Source: Octopus vulgaris
Taxonomy: Eukaryota
Assembly: GCA_951406725.2 (NCBI GenBank)
Contig: OX597820.1
Span: 31,372,001-31,436,000, forward strand
Reading direction: 5' to 3'
Length of the DNA stretch: 64,000 bases
Part shown: positions 23,720 to 39,742 of the stretch, one piece after another
Numbering within the stretch: the first letter of the stretch is position 1
How the letters are laid out: every line of letters begins with the position of its first letter
Translations under genes and position numbers: made by a program
The notes under the pieces: model-generated
Databases searched by the model: none
The model's input: the letters and a program-made list of their open reading frames with translations, nothing else
Told to the model about the DNA's origin: nothing

Positions 23720-24106
23720 TTACTCTTTTACTTGTTTCAGTTATTTGACTGCAGCAATGCTGGAGCAGTGCCTTTTAGTCGACCAAATAGAAGCCTAGTA
23801 CTTATTCTATCGGTCTCTTTTGCCGAACCGCTAAGTTACGGGGATGTAAACACACCAGCATCGGTTGTCAAGTGATGTTGGGAGGACAAACACAACCACA
23901 AAAACATATACACACAATACATATATATATATATACATATATACAACAGGCTTCTTTCAGTTTCCGTCTACCAAATCCACTCACAAGGCTTTGGTTGGCC
24001 CAAGGTTATAGTAGAAGACACTTGCCCAAGGTGCCATGCAGTGGGACTGAACCCAGAACCATGTGGTTGGTAAGCAAGCTACTTACTACACAGCCACTCC
24101 TGCACC
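23720..24106 (-). mobile_element. SINE family A
   Basis: Homologous to 19455-19838. Confidence 0.85.
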
Positions 24107-24194
24107 TATATCTCCTACACTCAGACCAACTCAATCCATCTCAATCACTCATTCACTGTTATTTTAAATTTACAAGCTCACAGGGACACAACTG

Positions 24195-24505
24195 GCACAC
24201 TGTCAGTTACCACAACAAGGGCTTCATTTAATTCAACTGATGGACCAGCCTGCTCATGATATTAATGTGCAAGTGGCTGAGCACTCCACAGACATGTGTA
24301 CCCTTAACATAGTTCTTGGGGAGATTCAGCATGACACAGAATGTGACAAGGCTGACCCTTTTAAATATACATACTTCCCATTCTTATCAGCTGAATGGAC
24401 TGGAGCAATGTGAAATAAAGTGTCTTGCTCAAGGACACAATGTGCTGTGGGAATTGAACTAGAATATTCATGAACTGAATGTTCTAACCACTAAGCTACG
24501 TGTCA
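24195..24505 (-). mobile_element. tRNA-derived SINE family E
   Basis: Inverted homologue of 54398-54712. Confidence 0.7.
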
Positions 24506-25508
24506 TCACTATAGATATATAACTCATGTGCAGTAACTGTTTTAGAATTTTGGTCTTACAATCATCATCATCATCATCGTTTAATGCCCATTTTCCATGC
24601 TGGCATGGGTTGGATGGTTTGATAGGAGCTGGTAAGGTCAGGGTTCACACCAGGAGCCATTGTCTGCTCTAGAATGGCTTCTATGGCTGAATGCCCTTCC
24701 TAATGCCAACAACCTTACAGAGTATACTGGGTGTTTTTTTATGGCACCAGCACCAGTATTTTTTACATAGCACCAGTGGTTTTAATGGGCTCCAGTGCCA
24801 GTCCCTTTTAGATGGCACCAGTACCAGCACTTTTATGTGGTATCTTCTCTTTTTTTTTTCTGACAGCTGGAGCTTGTTGAGGACTTTTTTTTGTTACAGA
24901 GGTCCAACAGATAATTGCAAATTTGAGTGTGGGTAAAATTTCACCTCTGGATGAGATATTATCCAGTCTTTCTTAATGCAAAATTTGTTACAAACAGCAA
25001 CAAAAAAATATTTCCAAATCAGATCCTACTCTCTTAAAAAACAGAAAATGCAAACTGGATAATATATTAGAAAGTGATGGTCACAGCAAGAATACTCCTG
25101 ATCATAGCTCTGTTTCATCAGATATGAGATAGAGTTAACTTTTAGGCCAGCATTGGCTAATCAATCTTTTAAAGGCAATGCTGTTTACTGCAAAATAAAT
25201 GTTTTTCACATCGATCAAGGGTGCATATTTATATAATGGGTTAGTAATATACTCCTTCTATCTATTTCAAACTATTTTCTGCTCTGTTTATAAATGTACA
25301 ACTATACTAAGATTTTAATTTACCGCATCATTAGCTTCATCTGTAGAGATGAAAAAAAATAACGTTAATATTTACATCTACTCATTAATTATGAAATATC
25401 AAATGTTACAAGCCATCGAGAATATTGTTACATAATTAGTTGGCCCACAAGAAATAACAATCAAATCTCATCCAAATCGTATGCTACCATCTTAAAAGAG
25501 GAAGGACA

Positions 25509-26802
<1,294 letters not shown>

Positions 26803-26807
26803 TATCA

Positions 26808-27124
26808 CAATATCACTGTGATCACCATGACCGACCAGGCTATCAGACGTTGCTACACATCGCTGGTCACAATGCACTTCGCATTGTTTTAGCTTTCAAA
26901 TGACATCACCCCGCTGGCTAAGTGAGCAGGCCAACAGAAGAAAGAGTGAGAGAAAGTTGTGGTGAAAGAGTACAGCAGGGATCGCCACCACTCCCTGCCA
27001 GAGCCTCGTGGAGCTTTAGGTGTTTTCGCTCAATAAACACTCACAATGCCTGGTCTGGGAATCGAAACTGTGATCCTACAACTGTGAGTCCACTGCCCTA
27101 ACCACTGGGCCATTGCACCTCCAC
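26808..27124 (-). mobile_element. tRNA-derived SINE family D
   Basis: Minus-strand head tggaggtgcaatggcccagtggttagggcagtggactc...gtttcgattccc has A and B boxes. Confidence 0.75.
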
Positions 27125-27201
27125 ATACCACAATATAGTTATAGATAAAGAATCAGATGAAATGATCAGGGATGGAGGAATGTTTTTGACCATAAGTCAT
27201 C

Positions 27202-27918
27202 TATGAGGAGAAGTCAAAAATTATCTGCACTTTCACCATAACATATCTTTATTATTGTCACACTGCCTTCTGCACAAACGTGCTTATAGTTGGTACTATT
27301 GTGGTCAGGTGATCAAAGTTTGAGCCTGATTGTGTCATCTTTCTTTCTGGCTTTACAGTTTAAACATAGCCACTCCACTAGCAATGTGCACCAAAGAAAA
27401 ACAAAGAGCAGTGATCCGATTTCTCTGAAAAAGGTGTACACAATCAACAGGGCAAATACAGTGCTTTTCTAGCCAACACACTGAAGCCAGCAATTCGCAC
27501 CAAACACTGAAGCCTATTGCCAAAGAAAATTTTGTTGTTGCATGACAATTCACGCCCACACATGGCCACCTAAACTGTTGAAACCATTAATCAATTGGTT
27601 TTTGAGGTGCGGGAACACCCTGATAACAGCCCAGATCTCTGGTCTTCTGACTATTATATCATCGGACCACTCAAAGATGGTTTACGAGGTCGTCGATTTC
27701 CTACAGATGAAAATGTGAAGGAAGCGGTGCAGAAATGGTTGCATGACCAACTGAAAACTTTCTTCTTGGAGGGAATACACAAGCTTGTGGACTGCTGGAC
27801 CAAGCGCAACAAAAAGGGAGGAGACAATATTGAAAAATGATGTACATGTTCATCCCCTGCTTTTGTGTAAATACATTGAAAATACAAGAGTACATATCAT
27901 TTTTGACTTTCCCTTATA
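27202..27918 (+). mobile_element. Internally deleted mariner transposon
   Basis: TIRs tatgaggagaagtcaaaaat / atttttgactttcccttata. LHDNSRPH and HPDNSPDLWSSDYYIIGPLKDGLRGRRF motifs. Confidence 0.85.
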
Positions 27919-28057
27919 CATCAAGGTTGACCTGGGTCTAAGCAACAACAACATAATTAAATTTATAATATTTTAAATATTGTAAGCAATTGCTCTCAAT
28001 AAGCATTGACTTGGCTGCAATGACCTGGCCAACTTATGCCAGCATGGAAATTATCAT

Positions 28058-28087
28058 AGAATGATGGTGGTGGTGGTGGTAGTAGTG

Positions 28088-28148
<61 letters not shown>

Positions 28149-28202
28149 AGGTGGTACTGGTGGCAGTGATCATAATGATGTTGATAGTGGTGGTCGTGGT
28201 GG

Positions 28203-28236
<34 letters not shown>

Positions 28237-28250
28237 GGTGGTGGTGATGC
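28058..28250. repeat. Compound trinucleotide microsatellite (TGG/TAG/TGA)
   Basis: Read directly from the sequence. Confidence 0.95.
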
Positions 28251-28641
28251 ATGTAGCAATGATGGCCTAAATGTTAATAGATTGAACAAATCATCTCAAT
28301 CTTCCAGAGTTGCTATTCAGTTGTTATTCAGAGTCGGTTATTTTGTAAAATGATATTCAGATGCACTTTTATGATATCCAACACATTGCTTCTGCATGTC
28401 CTGAGAGACTTTTAAGCACCACTGCTTATGTCTATTTTTCATAGTGTTTTAAGCAAACAAGAGATAACTCTCTCCTGAGATAGGTCACCAGTCTATCCTT
28501 TGTAACATACTCTGACAAGGAAGCATTAAGCAAGTCAACAAGGGAGCACCACATCTCCCTGAAATCACATCTTACTATCTTAACCCTTTACCTGTCATGT
28601 GTATCCCATAGAACATATTTTCCTGGTCTCTGTACATCATA

Positions 28642-28860
28642 TACGAGGGGTGCGGAAAAGTTCCAGGCTTTAAGAGTATTGTGAAAAGCCTAGTTGAGGG
28701 CCCAACCTTCCAAGGGCTTTTACAGAGCTTAGAAAACTGAAGGACTGCTGCAATAAGTGTGTGAATCTAAGAGGGGAATATGCTGAGTAAAATAATAATT
28801 AACTGATCCTCCTATATTTTCTTTTACCCAAAGCCAGGAACTTTTCGGCACCCCCTAGTA
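28642..28860. mobile_element. Mariner-derived MITE (219 bp)
   Basis: TIRs tacgaggggtgcggaaaagttccaggctt / aagccaggaacttttcggcaccccctagta with TA ends. Confidence 0.85.
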
Positions 28861-29514
28861 TGATATATATAGATAAAGCATACTTCTCAAGCCATATTGA
28901 CTCATTGAGGGTCAGTTTCCCAGCTTCTGTGATGTTTATATACTTACTCCTTGGACAGGACACTAGTCCATCACAAGATTACTCATTTTTACCCAATAAG
29001 TGGACTGGAGCAATGTGAAATGAAGTGTTTTGCTCAATAACACAACACGTTGCCCAGTCCAGGAATTGAAACCACAATCTTATGATCATAAGTCCAACAC
29101 CCTAACCACTAGACATACAACTCCACAAACGATATACATACCCAAATCTTTTCAACCACAAGAGAAGCTTGGGACTTATGAAACTCAGAACATATGAAAC
29201 AGAAACTAACTAAAAGTTTGAAAATAAGCATGGACATTTAGGACAGATTTATGAAAATACTTTGGATGAGAAAAGATTTATTAAAAAATGGATGCATTTA
29301 GAAGCACCATTGTTGGTTCATGGAGATAACAGTTTAGGTTGAAAATTCTTAAATCATGCACCACCAAAGTGAGCTGCTGCTGCACAAAGAATGTCTAAGT
29401 GCACAATGTATTTTGTTTTTAGTGTTTTTTAAAAATATAATTCAAAACTTGAGAAAATTTGTATAAACACTTGTGTCTCTTGAAAAATGTGTTACTTATA
29501 AATTTTTTATACAT

Positions 29515-29870
29515 AGGCACAGGTGTGGCTGTGTGGTAAGGAGCTTGCTTCCCAACCATACGGTTCTGAGTTCAGTCCCACTATGTGACACCTTGGACAA
29601 GTGTCTTCTACTATTGCCCTCAGGCTGACTAAAGTCTTGTGAGTGGATTTGGTATGTGTGTGTGTGTGTGTGTGTGTATCGTCTCACCACTGCTTGACAA
29701 CCAGTGATGGTGTGTTTATGTCCCTCTAACTTAGCAGTTTGGCAAAAGAGGCCAACAGGATAAGTACTTGGCTTAAAAAATTAATAAGTCCTGGGACCGA
29801 TCTGTTTGACTAAATCCCTTCAAGTTGGTGCCCTAGCATGACCGCAGTCATACAATTGAAACAAGTAAAA
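29515..29870 (+). mobile_element. SINE family A (diverged)
   Basis: Head gtggctgtgtggtaag...gttcagtccca and tail gaaacaagtaaaa. Confidence 0.75.
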
Positions 29871-29939
29871 AAAATAAAGGTATGATCAATAAAAGAAGGT
29901 ATAAGCAATAGACTTTGTATATATTTTTAAAAACTTTAA

Positions 29940-30171
29940 CCCCTTGCCTATCTTGTGTATCACATGTAATGCACAAGACATATTTCCCTGGTGTCCCTAC
30001 ATCATATATGATACACATTCTCTATTATTTTTCCCTCACCAGACTATCTTGGGATTTATGAAGGAAAGCTTTATATTACTCAGAATGTATGGTACAAGGG
30101 CTAACTAAAAGTTTGTAAATAACCATGGTGATTCAGGACAAACTTATGAAGATGCTTTGGATACACAAGGG
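29940..30171. mobile_element. piggyBac-like MITE with TTAA target duplication
   Basis: ttaa|ccccttg ... caaggg|ttaa. A related, interrupted copy spans about 28584-29280. Confidence 0.65.
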
Positions 30172-31923
30172 TTAAAACAATGTTTTAGCATTCCATGCAA
30201 AATGTGGACTTGTGAAAAGCATTAATAACTTACAACTTTCCATGCAAAGTACATAAGTGTCATAGTTTTTAAATTTCTATGCAAAGTACATCTGAGAAGT
30301 GTACTAGTGATTTTAAACTTTGTGTGGAAAGCTGGTGGCACGTAAAAGCACCCACTACACTCTCAGAGTGGTTGGCATTAGGAAAGGCATCCAGCCGTAG
30401 AAACTTTGCCAGATTAGATTGGAGTCTGGTGCAGCCTTCTGGTTCGCCAGTCCTCAGTCAAACCATCCAACCTATGCCAACATGGAAACCAGACATTAAA
30501 CGATGATGATGATGATGATGATGCTTGTGCATGTATATGATTTTCTATGTTTATACCCTACCCAGACATATACTGGCAGACAAAGAATTAAATGCAATAA
30601 TTGATTTGGCTTGAGACCAGTCAACATTACAATCAGTTCTTTGGCTGACAAGGCTCTGAAGGTTTTGGACTAATATAAATCAAATTATTCTTTTAATAAT
30701 AAGGACTAAGAGAAAAACATATTTACTTTTTAATTTTATGATCTATGTAAACATTTCCAACCAATGATTTTGATGTTTTTAAATTTTTGTTTCTTTATTT
30801 ATTTCATTAAATTTGGATATTTCTAAAACAAAATAGGAACAAGCATTTTTTCAAAATATTTACACATATGTGGTTGTCTCATTAAAAAGTTCATTTCAAA
30901 ACCTTATACATACTCAGCTAGATTCTCAACCACTCAGCCATGCCTCTGTGTGTGTGTGTGTGGGGGGAGGTGCATGCATGTGTGTGTGTGTGTGTGTGTG
31001 TGAGTTATGCTTATAAAGGACCTGTTGAGGTGGAAGGCATATAACCTTCGATTTAGAATTTCATATTTCATTACACTTTGAAAAAGAAGCTTGTAAAGAG
31101 AATTTGTGCCAATAAAGTGAAATTTCATGTTACAGGCTCCACTGGTTTTAATGGTCACAAAGTATGTAAACAAAAACTAAAATTCAAAAGTGTAGTTTTA
31201 AATTATATACTTATAATATCCTTACAAGTGTTTCAGTGATGATAACAAAATGATTATGTAAGGATAATTTTATGCAATCCTTCACCACCACTTCATCAGA
31301 GCTTGTGATGAAAAATACACGGCAATCATTATTGAGACATGTGTAGAGATGTTATAAGTAAATAAATTAAACTATACTCCCAAGTCTTAATTTTTGTGTC
31401 TGTATCTACAGACAGATAGATAGAAATATTATACACAATCATCACCCTCATTGTTTTAGCATTCACTTTTCCATGCTTGCATGGGTTAAAAGGAATTTAT
31501 TGAAGGAGGTTTTGTACAGCTGGATACCCTTCCTATCACTCACCTTTACCTATTTCCCCTCTATTATTTTCCCCTCATGACAAGATATATTTTCACTGAA
31601 GATTGGAAACAAACAACACTACTTGTATGATGGTAGCACTTATTTACAGCTACCACATGATGTCCAGACAAGGAGGTACACATGTGCATGCATATACACA
31701 CACATATATTTATACCACCTCCACTACTACTACCTCTACCACCACCATCATCATCATATGATAATTCCTATGCAGTGTGTGCATATATATACATATATGT
31801 TTGTATGTGTGCGTGTGTGTGTGCACACATAGATATGTGTGTGAGTGTACAGACAAGCGATGGAAGTGGGGACAAACACTGTTGCAAAGACACACATACA
31901 CACTTATATATATATATATATAA

Positions 31924-31968
<45 letters not shown>

Positions 31969-32139
31969 GCTTCTTTCAGTTTCTGCCTACCAAATACACT
32001 CACAAGGCTTTGGTCGACCCAAAGCTATAGTAGAAGACACTTGCTCAAAGTGCCATGCAGTAGAATTGAACCTGGTACCATATGGTTGGGAAGCAAGCTT
32101 CTTACCACATGGCCATTCCTGCAATATATATATATCTAT

Positions 32140-32218
<79 letters not shown>

Positions 32219-32408
32219 CATCATCATCATCCTCATCATTCAACGTCTGTTTTCCATACTGGCATGGGTTGAACGTTTTCCGTGCTGGCATGTGTACCTC
32301 CTTGAAAGCCAGCGGTTCCAATCTGTTCTGGCGATGTTTCTACGACTGGATGTTCTTCCTAACACCAACCAGTCTGAGAGCGTAGTGGGTGCTGAAAAGA
32401 AGCCTGTC

Positions 32409-32465
<57 letters not shown>

Positions 32466-32672
32466 TGTGAATCTGTGTTTGTACCCACCACCATCGCTTG
32501 ACAATCGATGCTGGTGTGTTTATGTCCCTGTAACTTAGCGGTTCAGGAAAAAGAGAATAATAGAATAAGTACTAGGCTTACAAAGAATAAGTCCTGGGGT
32601 CACTTTGTTCGACTGAAGGCGGTGCTCCAGCATGACTACAGTCAAATGACTGAAACTAATAAAAGAATAAAA

Positions 32673-32813
<141 letters not shown>

Positions 32814-34163
32814 CCCCATTGCTTGACAACCAGTGTTAGTGAGTTTGTTGTTTGTTCCTTCTTAAGGGCTGGTTTCCCGGTTTCATTGGCATACGGGTTC
32901 CCCACCTGGACGGGACACCAGTCTGTCACTGGTGAGCTGCTAGATGCAGGAGGAAAGACTGAGAGAAAGTTGTGGTGAAAGCAAACGATAGAATATGTAC
33001 CAGTCAATTCATTCAACTAAAATTTCTTCATCATGGCATTGCCCCAGCATGGTCACAAGTCAAACGACTGAAACAAGTAAAAGATAAAAGACGTGTGTGT
33101 GAACTACATAAACATAATCTGAGCAATTCTGTAAAGAACATATGGTTTGACAAGGTGAACGGCATCATTTGACTTTCAGACACTTAATTGACTCTCCATC
33201 CAGGACCAGTCCAGCAAATAACGAACATTTCACCTATTTACCAATTCCAAAGCGATCTACATGAATAAATAATACCGAAGACAAATTCCATTGTTGGAAT
33301 TGTTGTTAGTATTTTTGTTATTGTAATTGCTATTGTTGTTGTTGTTGTTGTTGTCATTGTCACTACTGCTGCTGCTGCTGATAATGTCTCAGTGCCATAG
33401 CAACCATATTCTTCATATCTATGTATCTCTCTCTCTCTTTTTTTCTTTCACCAGCTCTTTCCCTCCTCCTACCTTCATGTCTATTTGAGTCTAACCCATG
33501 CATGCATGGAAAAGTGGACATTAAAACGATGATGAAGATGATGATGATGATGATGATGTCCTCTTTTTTTAGCTTTCCCTATCTCTATCAATCTCACTTT
33601 GTCTTTATCTCTTTCCCTGTGTCTTTCTCTGTCTCTCTATCTCTCAACATCTGTTTCAATCCATCTTTCTCTGAGTATGTATGCATATATGTTTGTATGT
33701 ATGTTTATATGTATGTATTGATCTATCTATCTATCTATGTCTTCAGGTCTCTCTCTCCCTCACTCTCTTATTCCATCTCATTGTCTTACTATCTTTTACT
33801 GCATTTCCACTCATCTGTCTCCTCTATCTGTTTCACTTTCTCCTTGTCTCTCTCTCTTTCATTCCTTCTCTATGTCTCTGTCTCTCTTAATGTCTGTTTC
33901 TACTCATCTCTCTTTAACTCTCTCTCTCTAACTCTCTCTCTCTCTCATTCCCTCTCTTTGTTTCTCAATCTCTAAATTTTTGTTTCCCTTTCATCTCTCT
34001 TTTTCTCTCATTGCTTCTTTTTGTCTCTCTCCACATCACTCTCTCTCTCTCTCTCTACTCCCCCTCTGCTTGTCCTACGCTTTTCATTGTCATTAACACA
34101 CTTGCCTTCTAAAAAGTCAAAATTGTGAGTAGTGTGTATATATATGTGTGTATGCATGCATGA

Positions 34164-34202
<39 letters not shown>

Positions 34203-34692
34203 GAATGTTCGATCTGAATTTTGATTATATTATTAAATGAGTGCTTGTGTATGTACCTATACGTCTGCTTATGTATATGCTTATATGTCTGAGAGTGTGT
34301 GTCTGTGTGTATATATGTGTGTGCGTGTGTGTTGAATCATTGATGGTTTTTTTTGCTTTGGTTTTGGTATCAGTATTCATGTAGGTGGGTGTTAAATGCT
34401 AGATCTGTGTGCTTTAAGTATAGTGAGCATGAATACACAGTATACTGAGTCTTCTCATATGCCGAGCCTTCATTTGCATCTGTGTGTGTGTGTATTTATG
34501 TATGTATATATATGTACCTATGTGAGTTTGCTAACATCTGTGTTGCTGCTGTTGCTGTTTAGCCGTGATCCTGTAGACATATGATCAAAGGTATTCCACT
34601 CATGACCATCTCATATTTAACTTTTATTTTCATATATTCTGGTATATCAGAGAATACACTGTTTTTTTACTATGACAAATGGCATGCTACTG

Positions 34693-35021
34693 TCATCATC
34701 ATCATCATCATCATCGTTTAACGTCCATTTTCCATGCTAGCACGGGTTGGACGGTTCGGCCAGGGTCTGGGAAGCCAGGAGGCTGCACCAGGCTCCAGTC
34801 TGATCTGGCAGTGTTTCTACAGCTGGATGCCCTCCCTAATGCCAACTACTCCGTGATCGGTTGGTGCTTTTTACATGCCACCGGCACAGAAACCAGTCAT
34901 GGCAGCGCTGGCATTGGCCACGTTCAGATAGTGCTTTTTACGTGCCACCGGCACAGGTATCACAACTACAATTTCCATTTGATATTCATTTTGCTGTTAA
35001 TATGCTTGACTCAATAGGTCT
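34693..35021 (-). mobile_element. RTE LINE 3' tail
   Basis: Same family as 10808-11192. Confidence 0.8.
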
Positions 35022-35599
35022 CAAGAAAACATAAAGCCTAAAAAGAATGGAGAAAACTGGCTCAAAAATGAAGTTTTCTGATGCTTCACCTAAGCAGTAT
35101 TGTCAACAATGACCTGTAGGAATCCCTTTAGGAATGTGGTTCAAGGTCAAAGGTTTCCAGGCATCCCTCAGTAAAACCCATTCAACAGCTGTCTATTTAA
35201 AGCTACATGGCTATGGTACATCCACACTTAGAATTTGCATCTCTATATACATATATGTGGAGGTGTATGCCTAGTGGTTAGGGTGTTGGACTTATGATCA
35301 TAAGATTGTAGTTTCAATTCCTGGACTGGGCAAAATGGAGGCACATGGCCTAGTGGTTAGAGCAGCGGACTTGCGGTCGAGGGATCACCGGTTCAAATTA
35401 AACAGCTGGAAGCTGTTTGGAGATGTGTAACCAGACAAATGCCTTCTGTCAGTCACCATATCTTGAACATCCTGCTTCACTGGTCAATCGAAACACTAAA
35501 GTCTCAATGTCTAGCAGCTGACTAGGTAGAAGTCCTTGAGATTATCCACCATCATTCCAACAACAACTCTGGCCACCTTTTTAAATTTAATATCTCTAG

Positions 35600-35990
35600 T
35601 AGGAGCAGCTGTGTGGTAAGTAGCTTGCTTACGAATCACATGGTTCCAGGTTCGGTCCCACTGCATGGCACCTTGGGCAAATGTCTTCTACTCAAGCCTC
35701 GGCCCAAACAGAAAGCCCTGTGAGTGGATTTGGTAGACGGAAACAAAAAAGCCCGTCGTATATATGTATATATGTGTGTATATGTTTGTGTGTCTGCGTT
35801 AGTCCCCCCAACATCGCTTGACAACCGATGGTGGTGTGTTTACATCCCTGTAACTTAGTGGTTTGGCAAAAGAGACCAATAGAATAAGTACTAGGCTTAC
35901 AAAGAATAAGTCCTGGGGTCAATTTGGTCGACTAAAAGGCGGTGCTCCAGCATGGCCTCAGTCAAATGGCTGAAACAATTAAAAAGGGTA
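35600..35990 (+). mobile_element. SINE family A
   Basis: Homologous to 19455-19838 in opposite orientation. Confidence 0.85.
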
Positions 35991-36464
35991 AAAAAAAAAG
36001 AAGAAAGACTACTAACCATGGACATACTTAGAAAATCGAAAAACAGCAGTCATTATGGCTTAAAAAATTTTTTTTCATGCTCAAAATTATCAAACCATAT
36101 AAACTATCTACCTCAATTCTTAACTGTCAGGGCACTGCATCCATCAAAAATTTCATGCTTCCTGAATTTTGTTGATGTGCATGTGTACCTTTTCTTCTTT
36201 ATGGCTCTTTTATTGTTCACTTGGCCATTTTATTTGTGTTTTATTCTGTGTACTTATAAATGTTCTTTTGGCTATCATTGTTGCATTTCTTTACATAACT
36301 TTTAACTGTTTCCTGTCCCTTATTTTACCCTTTTCCCACAAGTTGTGGTGCACCTGAGCACTGTAGACAATAAGCTCCTTATCATATGACGATGATGGTG
36401 GTAGTGGGTTTTGGTGGTCATGGTGAGAATCATGATGTGAATAGAAATTTATACATATGTATAT

Positions 36465-36922
36465 ATCATCATCATCATCATCATCATCATCATCGTTTAA
36501 CGTCCGCTTTCCATGCTAGCATGGGTTGGATGATTTGATTGAAGTCTGGTGAACCAGATGGCTGCACCAGACTCCAATCCAATCTGGCAGAGTTTCTACA
36601 GCTGGATGCCCTTCCTAACACTAACCACTCCGAGAGTGTAGTGGGTGCTTTTATGTGCCACGCTCAAATAGTGCTTTTTATGTGCCACCTGCACAGGAGC
36701 CAGTCCAGCGGCACTGGCAACAGCCTCGCTTGAATGTTTTTTCACGTGCCACCAGCACAAGTGCTAGTAAGGTGACGCAGGTAACGATCACGCTCAAAAG
36801 GTGTTTTTAACATGCCATCGTCTCAGAGGCCAGCTTGTTGCTCTGGCCCAGATCTCACTCATATGGTACTCTTAGTGCTCCACTAGCACGGATGCCAGTC
36901 ACCAAATTTGATTTCGATTTTG
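36465..36922 (-). mobile_element. RTE LINE 3' tail (subfamily of 49888-50460)
   Basis: Shares atggtactcttag..ctccactagcacggatgccag with the region near 50300-50340. Confidence 0.8.
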
Positions 36923-37732
36923 AATATATATAAGAGTGGCTCCTGATATTCCAGAGCATGCTATGCTTAAAATCAAAGCCACATGATGGAAGTAGTGTAT
37001 ATATAGTATACACAAGTGCTCTTTCCAACCGCATCACATAAAAATGAAAGATAGACATTAGAATATGATTTGTATCATTTGCATTTATTTATACATCTTA
37101 AGCATGCAATGAATGCCTTGTACTCATGCAGAAAACATCACTGTATGCATATACATCATCATCATCATTTAACGTCCGCTTTTCATGCTGGCATGGGTTG
37201 GACGGTTTGACTGAGGACTGGTGAGCCAGATGGCTGCACCAGGCTCCATTCTGAGCTGGTAAGGTTGAACGGTTTGACTGAGGTCTAGAAAGCCATCAGC
37301 TCCAATCTGTTCTGGCACTGTTTCTACAGCTGGATGCCCTTCCTAACGCCAAACACTCCGAGAATGTAGTGGGTGCTTTTATGTACCAGTGGCACGAGGG
37401 CCAGTCAGGGGGTACTGGCGTTAGCCATGCTCAAATGGTACTTTTAATGTTCCAATGGCACGGGTGCCAGTCAAGCGGCACTGTCATCAGCTATGTCAGC
37501 AAATTTGATACATTCATCCTTTTCTGGATTGGTAGCTTCCCATCAGAACACAATGTATTCACATGCATCAATGGAGCTCTCTTTCTCTCTCCCTTATTCC
37601 ATCATTACCAGTGTGCCCCACAATTTAGTTTTGTCCCTTACTCTTTTCCTTCTATTCATCAACAACTTACTTATTGCTATGTCAAATGGCACTCTTATGT
37701 AGATGAAATCTTCATTTTTTTCTCTAACGCTT

Positions 37733-38118
37733 TTACTCTTTTACCTGTTTCAGTCATTTGACTGTGGCCATGCTGGAGTACCTTATTTAGTTGAGCAAAT
37801 CAACCCCAGGACTTATTCTTTGTAAGCCTAGTATTTATTCTATCATTCTCTTTTGCCAAACTGCTAAGTTGCAGGGATGTAAACACACCAGCATCAGTTG
37901 TCAAGTGATGTTGGCAAGACAAACACAGACATGCAAACAAACACACACACACACATATATATGACAGGCTTCTTTCAGTTTCCGTCTACCGAATCCATTA
38001 ACAAGGCTTTGGTCAGCCTGAAGCTTTAGTAGAAGACACTTGCTCAAGGTTCCACACTGTGGGACTGAACCCAGAACCATGTATTTGGTAAGCAAGCTAC
38101 TTACCACACAGCCACACC
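37733..38118 (-). mobile_element. SINE family A
   Basis: Homologous to 19455-19838. Confidence 0.85.
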
Positions 38119-38149
38119 TACAACCATTTACAATCTACATGCAACACAC

Positions 38150-38770
38150 CCACATTGACTCCTTGAACAGAAAGACATCAAAAGAATCCTCCAATGAATG
38201 TAGGCTAGTCTTGCCTCTTTCAACAGTAAGAAAACAAACACTATTCATCTCAAGAGAACATCATTGCACCACACTCCATTAATCATGAGTAGCCCTCAAT
38301 CAGATCCCTAACAATCACACCAATTTGCCGAACTTCCCAACTGCCAAGGATCCCTTCTGGCAAAAGAAGTACATCCTTGACACAACTAGGACCACTTTTA
38401 AAGAACTGGCCCTTTTTTCAACCCCAAACAATTATTGGTACTCTACAAAGCTAAGGCAAGGCACACAACTGAGGATTACTCTCACATCTGGGACAGGGCT
38501 ATTGTTGCTGTACACAGACATTCTTGACTACAAACTAGAAAGTGGCCGCCACTCAACTGATTGGCAAATGCTCCAGCCTCTGGCCACCAACCACAGGGTC
38601 TCCTCAGTTTGTCTTTTCTCACCTGAGCAACCTTCTACTTGTCATCCCACCCAGCCAACCTTACTCAGGCCCTGCAATAATCCCTACATCAAGTCCTTCC
38701 TTCTCAAAGTGTCAGCCCTCAGGAATTCTGGTATTCCCTCCTCTATTCACGTCTTTTCCCACAGGTGTAC
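38150..38770 (+). pseudogene. Highly decayed LINE (CR1/L2/Jockey-like) RT C-terminal region
   Basis: Residual motifs FNSKKT, LQPLATNHRVSSVCLF and YIKSFLLKVSALRN resemble LINE ORF2 C-termini. Confidence 0.45.
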
Positions 38771-38959
38771 AAAGGTTCAAGCAGAACACTTGCATTACTC
38801 TAACTGACCTAGGAGGGCCTGCAAAGACTTGACATAGCAAGTTTAAAAAAATAGTGAAAGAAAACAGAGAAAAAACAATTAAATAGAAAAAAATTATAAA
38901 ATTACTAAGAGTCATAGTGCAACTGATTATGAAGAGAATATCAACCAAGATGAGAGATG

Positions 38960-39014
<55 letters not shown>

Positions 39015-39078
39015 AATACTTATATCAATGTATATATGTGTATATGTATGTGTGTGTGTATATATATATAAATATACA

Positions 39079-39109
<31 letters not shown>

Positions 39110-39742
39110 GTATATGAATTTATGTATGTCAATATATATCTTGAAATGGAGAGAAGGAAGAGGAAACAGAAAGAGAAAGTGTAGGAGAGGGGAAGAGAGA
39201 GAGAGGGAAATACATATGCATTTCTCACACATCATGCAAATAACATAAATAAATGTCAATTGTAATTGTTATCAAATCGAAATGAAGATAGTTGTTCTTG
39301 ATGCTGCTGCTGCTGTTGCTGCTGCTGTTAATTAGTTAGTCAGCTGACACAGAGCAGACAGCGGCCTTGGAAAAATACCCACAGAACTTCGATGACAACA
39401 CAAACCAATCAATGATGATAGATCTATGCAAATTGGTCACAGAGCTAAAGCACTTTTTCTTTATCTTCTAAATTTGAATTAGTCTTTAATCCTTTAGCTT
39501 TTAAACAGGCCGTATTGAGCCCAAATATTCTACTTGGTTTATGTTCAAACAGGCCAGATCCAGCCTTTCACATCTATCCAACAATGTCCAATCTACATTC
39601 AAAAATAAACATAATCACATCATCAAGACCTCGAAGATACAAGATAATGCATGATTAATCTGAAACAATATGAATAAATAAGCATCACATTTGACAGAAT
39701 CCAAACTTTAATCCTGGCATTTCCCACAAACTAATATTCTCT

